Assembly (NCBI GenBank): GCA_963713605.1
Contig: CAVQMO010000005.1
Location: 96,001 to 160,000, forward strand
Direction: 5' to 3'
Source: an uncultured Nitrososphaerales archaeon
Lineage (GTDB): Archaea; Thermoproteota; Nitrososphaeria; Nitrososphaerales; Nitrososphaeraceae
DNA length: 64,000 nt
In this document: piece by piece, positions 59,849 through 64,000 of the stretch
How positions within the stretch are numbered: position 1 is the stretch's first letter
Layout of the letters: every line of letters starts with the position of its first letter
Notes under the pieces: generated by a model
Told to the model about the DNA's origin: nothing
The model's input: only the letters and a program-made list of their open reading frames with translations
Database searches by the model: none
Translations under genes and position numbers: made by a program

Positions 59849-60031
59849 ATGGCAAATATGATAATGATGGCATTGTTAGTAATGATAGCTCTTGTCGGAT
59901 TGGGAGCTGCAACAATGATGATGCCAGTAGTCTCAGAGGTTTCTGCACAAGGGAACATGACCGGGAATATGACAGGTAATATGACAGACCCCGGATCCGG
60001 TAATGTTTCGGGCATGGTAACGGCACCATAG
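59849..60031 (+). CDS. 60-aa secreted pre-peptide 2
   Basis: Signal peptide ending VSAQ; (GNMT)x3 spacer; C-terminus DPGSGNVSG-MVTAP*; stop 20 nt before the membrane protein gene. Confidence 0.8.
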   Translation: MANMIMMALLVMIALVGLGAATMMMPVVSEVSAQGNMTGNMTGNMTDPGSGNVSGMVTAP

Positions 60032-60051
60032 ATTGCCTTTCGGGTAAACTT

Positions 60052-61418
60052 GTGAAAGAAAAAAAATCTAATTTTTTCCAGTTTTCATTTTATAAAGCTA
60101 GAGATTTTGGCATAAGGCAAATTAGTATCATAGTCTATGTCCTCATTGCCGTTCTTTCTCTGGATACTATAATAAATCAATTAAGCGCCTCATTGGGTGC
60201 CAACTTACTTCCGTCGGAGGCGGGCATTATTATTTTTATTGTTACAGGACTCGTAACCATTACCTGCCAACTCTTTATTTTGCAATTTGTTAGCAGAACG
60301 AGCTTAGCAATTAGGAGTAAAGTTAACCACCTTAAACGAATGCATATTGCAGTAATGGTATCTCAGTATTTCATAATATTCCTATTTTTATTTGCTATTC
60401 TGGAAATTGTCTTAACAGATAAATATTCCTCAATCCTCTCTCTACTTCTAACAGCGGCGAGTTATCTAGTGAGCATCTCCTTGATGGGGATTTTCACTTT
60501 CCTCTTCCTTTCCTGGTATAGAATCAATCGCTCCTCAGTATTGGTGCTGCTATACGGTCTGTCATTTGCAACTGTTGTTATCTCGTCTGTAGCAATCTTA
60601 GCTCTCTGGGTACATCTTTACGGTGAACAGATTCCCGGCACAGTCTTTCCCACCTCCGATGTCCTTTATGCTAAATCTAAAGAAAGGTACTCAGCTGGAA
60701 GATTCTCAGCCAAATTTATCAATACAGCGATATTGCCTCTTTCTTTCTTAAATGGGGCGGAACTGCCTTAATTTTATATCATTATTCTCGCAAGATCGGA
60801 AAGGTGAAGTATTGGTTCTTGCTTAGTCTGCCGGTGGCATATTTTTCAACATTGCTAATTTACCATTTCCATATCTATGAACCACATGAGGAATTGGAAA
60901 CTTTGATATTCATAGGATTCACTTCTTTAAATTCAACTTTTGGCGGGATTCTTTTCTACCTAGCGTTTAAAATTACTTCGGAAAATTTTACAAGCAATCC
61001 AGTCTTAAGAGATTATTTACTAATGGCTGGCTTTGGATTTATGTTATTTTTCAGTGCGACCCAGGCTAATATAATAACCACAGTTTATCCTCCATTTGGA
61101 TTTGCAACCGTTTCAAGTTATGGCCTCGGTTCCTATCTTATACTTTTGGGGATTTATTTATCAGCTCTGTCAGTTTCTCAGGATGAACAATTGAGAACCA
61201 TGATAAGAAAGTCTACCCTGTCAGAATCAAAGTTTCTGCACAGCATCGGAACATCTGCAGGAGAACGGAAGAAGGAAATAGTCAATACTGTGCTAAACAA
61301 GGCAAAACGGCAGCAAGAGTCTATTGTCAAAGATATCGGAATAGGAACTTCTCTCTCTGAAGATGATATCAAGAATTACGTGGAGGAGGTAGAAGAGCAG
61401 GAAGAAAATAAGGTGTGA
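60052..61418 (+). CDS. ~10-TM membrane protein, paralog of 57605-58960 (candidate peptide receptor 2; frameshift near 60680-60695)
   Basis: WYRINR, YHYSRKIGKVKYW, YPPFGFA, SVSQD..LR..IR, S.FL.SIG, GI.TS.SEDDIKNY.EEV. Confidence 0.85.
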
Positions 61419-62634
61419 GCAAAGATGATAAGATATGTGGCCATCGTTACGGCTTTAGGATATTCCGAGTGAATGAAATAATAGTTAAATACTGTTTCGT
61501 TTACCAGAAATAAGATAGGATCGGTTAGCTTTTTTTAAGTTTGCTTTTCTCGACGTAGATATCACAAATGCAGGCAAGTACTAAAGCAAGGATTCGAATC
61601 ATGAATCGAATCGCGATGATTAGTAGCCTCACTACGAGGTACGAGCAAACCGATGAAATCGTTCTGTCAGCACGACTCGGTGTGCGACATACGTGTGGAG
61701 TTCCTATGAAGATAGAGCAAGCGAAATTAACGAACAAAAGAGGCCACAGTCTAATTAGCATAGGATGGGTAGCCGTTATACATGTAGGATTCGTGGTTGT
61801 TATCAGTGGTGGCCTATGCTAATTTGGAGCATTTCTGCCTTCCTGGGGCAGGCTCGTACCAATATACGCAGTAGGTCTTTTTTAATTTCCTTGACCGAAC
61901 AAAAAACCTTCCTGCATTGGGTTTCGGATACCCCTATTTGCTTATATAGTCTTATAGTTACACTTTTACGTATCTGGCTAGAGGATTTTTCTAGATTAGT
62001 AACGAATGTGCTGGTTTTGTTTAGATTTCGGACACCCAAAGTTTTATATATTCTGCGTAGTCTTATAGTTATATTTTACCTATCTGGACTTATGTCTATT
62101 ACTTAAGAGATATAAATAATGGTGTAAATTAGGGTATGTCACTGATAGACTATTGGCATACCATTGACAAATTTAAATATTAGCCCGGTTTATTATTGTA
62201 ATACTGTTGTCTGATTCCAATCTCAATTATACTAGAGTTGCAATATCTATATCGATTTCAAATGAGATTCTTTATGAAAGCTAGTGAGATGCGTAGTTAG
62301 AATGCTAATGTTTCTTCCCCGCGTCGCAGTCACAACCCCTTCCTGGTTGTGATGGGTACATAGTGCGTTTTCTAGCTGAGCCATTACTTTGATTTGACAT
62401 AAAAATGACATAACAGATATAGCCATTATGAGAAAATACGAGGTTGCTACCCATAGCCCTATCGTTAATTGAACAACGTCATGTAGCCACAGTTTTGCTT
62501 TAATACCTAAAACGGCCGATGTTCACCTAAAAAGGGTATAGGGACCATTTCCTAACACAAATATGCACTATGATGGAAAGGATATCTCATCAAGGCTTAA
62601 TAGCGGGAATATAACATCAATTCTTGATTGCAAC

Positions 62635-64000
62635 GTGCAAAAGAATGTACAGTATGTACTAGTATGTTTATTAATAAGTCTGACTTTGACCTCTTTTTTT
62701 CGGCTGCTTCGATTTATCGAAGCGCTATGTTCTCCCCGGTGTCAATCTCCCCTATTAGCTCTGTTGTAGCACAAGAAGAAGATGAGGAGGAGGATGACAA
62801 TAAGGATGAAGGCGATAATGCAGAAGATAGTGCAGATAGTGCAGATAGTTCAGATAGTTCAGATAGTGCAGATAGTGCAGATAGTGCAGATAGTGCAGAT
62901 AGTTCAGATAGTTCAGATAGTGCAGATAGTGCAGATAGTGCAGATAATGGCAGACAACAATGACGTAAACGATGCCAATAGCGAGAAGACATCTCAAAGC
63001 AACGAAGTTAGTGGTAACAGCGGGAGTACTTCCTCTTCTCAGCGTTTGGCTGAAAGCAGTAGCAATAACATAAAGAATCCTGATCAGAGTGCACGTCAAG
63101 TTAGCCGAACGTCCGATACTGCAGGCACTGGCGCTGCAGCATCTTCATCTGCAGGCACTGGCGCTGGAGCATCTTCATCTGCAGGCACTGGCGCTGCAGC
63201 ATCTTCATCTTCAGGCTCTGGCGCTGGAGCATCAACAAATTCCCCATTTGCATTCATTCCAGGCTTGGCTCTACCTACAGGCCAGGCTCTACCTCCGAGC
63301 CAGGCTCTACCTCCAGGCCAGACCCCTGGTAGTATTCCAGAGGACAAGTATGTGCAGATGGTAGTGATCCTGTAAGTGGTCAGTGTTCATCACAGGTTCC
63401 AGCTGACCAGTCATGTGCCGATGGTAGTGATCCTGTAGGTGGTCAGTGTTCATCACAGGTTCCAGGCTGACCAGTCATGTGCCGATGGAAGTGAGCCCGT
63501 TGAAGGTCAGTGTTCTTCACAGGTTCCAGCTGACCAGTCATGTGCCGATGGAAGTGAGCCCGTTGAAGGTCAGTGTTCTTCACAGGTTCCAGCTGACCAG
63601 TCATGTGCAGATGGTAGTGATCCTGCAGGCGGTCAGTGTACCGTTCAAGTCCCTGCGGACCAGTCATGTGCCGATGGTAGTGATCCTGTAGGTGGTCAGT
63701 GTTCATCACAGGTTCCAGCTGACCAGTCATGTGCAGATGGTAGTGATCCTGTAGGTGGTCAGTGTTCTTCACAGGTTCCAGCTGACCAGTCATGTGCAGA
63801 TGGTAGTGATCCTGTAGGTGGTCAATGTCCCGTTCAAGTCCCTGCGGACCAGTCATGTGCAGATGGTAGTGATCCTGTAGGTGGTCAGTGTTCATCACAG
63901 GTTCCAGCTGACCAGTCATGTGCAGATGGTAGTGATCCTGTAGGTGGTCAATGTACCGTTCAAGTCCCTGCGGACCAGTCATGTGCAGATGGTAGTGATC
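62635..64000 (+). CDS. large secreted/surface repeat protein (several indels; runs off the window end)
   Basis: Signal-like VQKNVQYVLVCLLISLTLT...VVAQ, acidic DSA/DSS tract, AGTGAAASSS repeats, Pro-rich linker, then 21-aa Cys repeats QSCADGSDPVGGQCSSQVPAD. Confidence 0.75.
62826..62946 (+). repeat. 9-bp coding tandem repeat (GATAGTGCA/GATAGTTCA)
   Basis: About 13 units encoding DSA/DSS. Confidence 0.9.
63121..63232 (+). repeat. 30-bp coding tandem repeat
   Basis: GCAGGCACTGGCGCTG(C/G)AGCATCTTCATCT, about 3.7 units, encoding AGTGAAASSS. Confidence 0.88.
63346..64000 (+). repeat. 63-bp coding tandem repeat (about 10 units)
   Basis: Period 63 (units start at 63661, 63724, 63787...); encodes C-x-D-G-S-x-P-x-x-G-Q-C repeats. 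Confidence 0.92.

Noticed and set aside
62714..63375. ORF-track proteins with IVQIVQ, YLHYLH and LSALSA repeats
   Set aside because: These are alternative frames or the antisense of the 9-bp DSA/DSS coding repeat.
63443..63982. Minus-strand 179-aa His-rich repeat ORF
   Set aside because: Antisense shadow of the 63-bp coding repeat.
63346..64000. 63-bp periodic array resembling a CRISPR repeat-spacer unit
   Set aside because: Whole units are near-identical with no unique spacers, the period is a multiple of 3 encoding a Cys repeat, and no cas genes are present.

Overview
This is an AT-rich archaeal chromosomal window whose gene content points to a soil ammonia-oxidising archaeon of the Nitrososphaeraceae (inferred from archaeal Hsp20, ribosomal protein L13e, UPF0147, REC-only response regulators, the N-terminal type of the kinases, and leaderless TATA promoters). 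The first ~30 kb is mostly housekeeping or semi-core: APC permease, malic enzyme, PadR, Hsp20, BtuF-like binding protein, DtxR, F420-dependent PPOX protein, an RTX-repeat protein, a solute-binding protein divergent from a Cache-type histidine kinase, HtrA, the moeA-moaD-moaE-moaC/moaB cluster and an HExxH peptidase. Many genes carry single-base frameshifts, most likely uncorrected long-read indels. From ~30.4 kb the window is an accessory region. Four things stand out. (1) Two back-to-back operons at 57.6-61.4 kb each pair a tiny secreted pre-peptide ending G-x-[IV]-S-G plus 5 variable residues with a paralogous ~10-TM membrane protein, a candidate archaeal peptide-signal/receptor system. (2) At least six dispersed, diverged copies of only the 3' end of a terminase-large-subunit-like gene (...HDDxxDxFRxSLxFWH*) lie between cargo genes, one fused to an integrase N-terminal stub. 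(3) Three copies of a promoter+hairpin unit may be a small-RNA family. (4) Many unannotated 40-60 aa zinc-finger microproteins are present. No rRNA, tRNA or CRISPR array was recognised.
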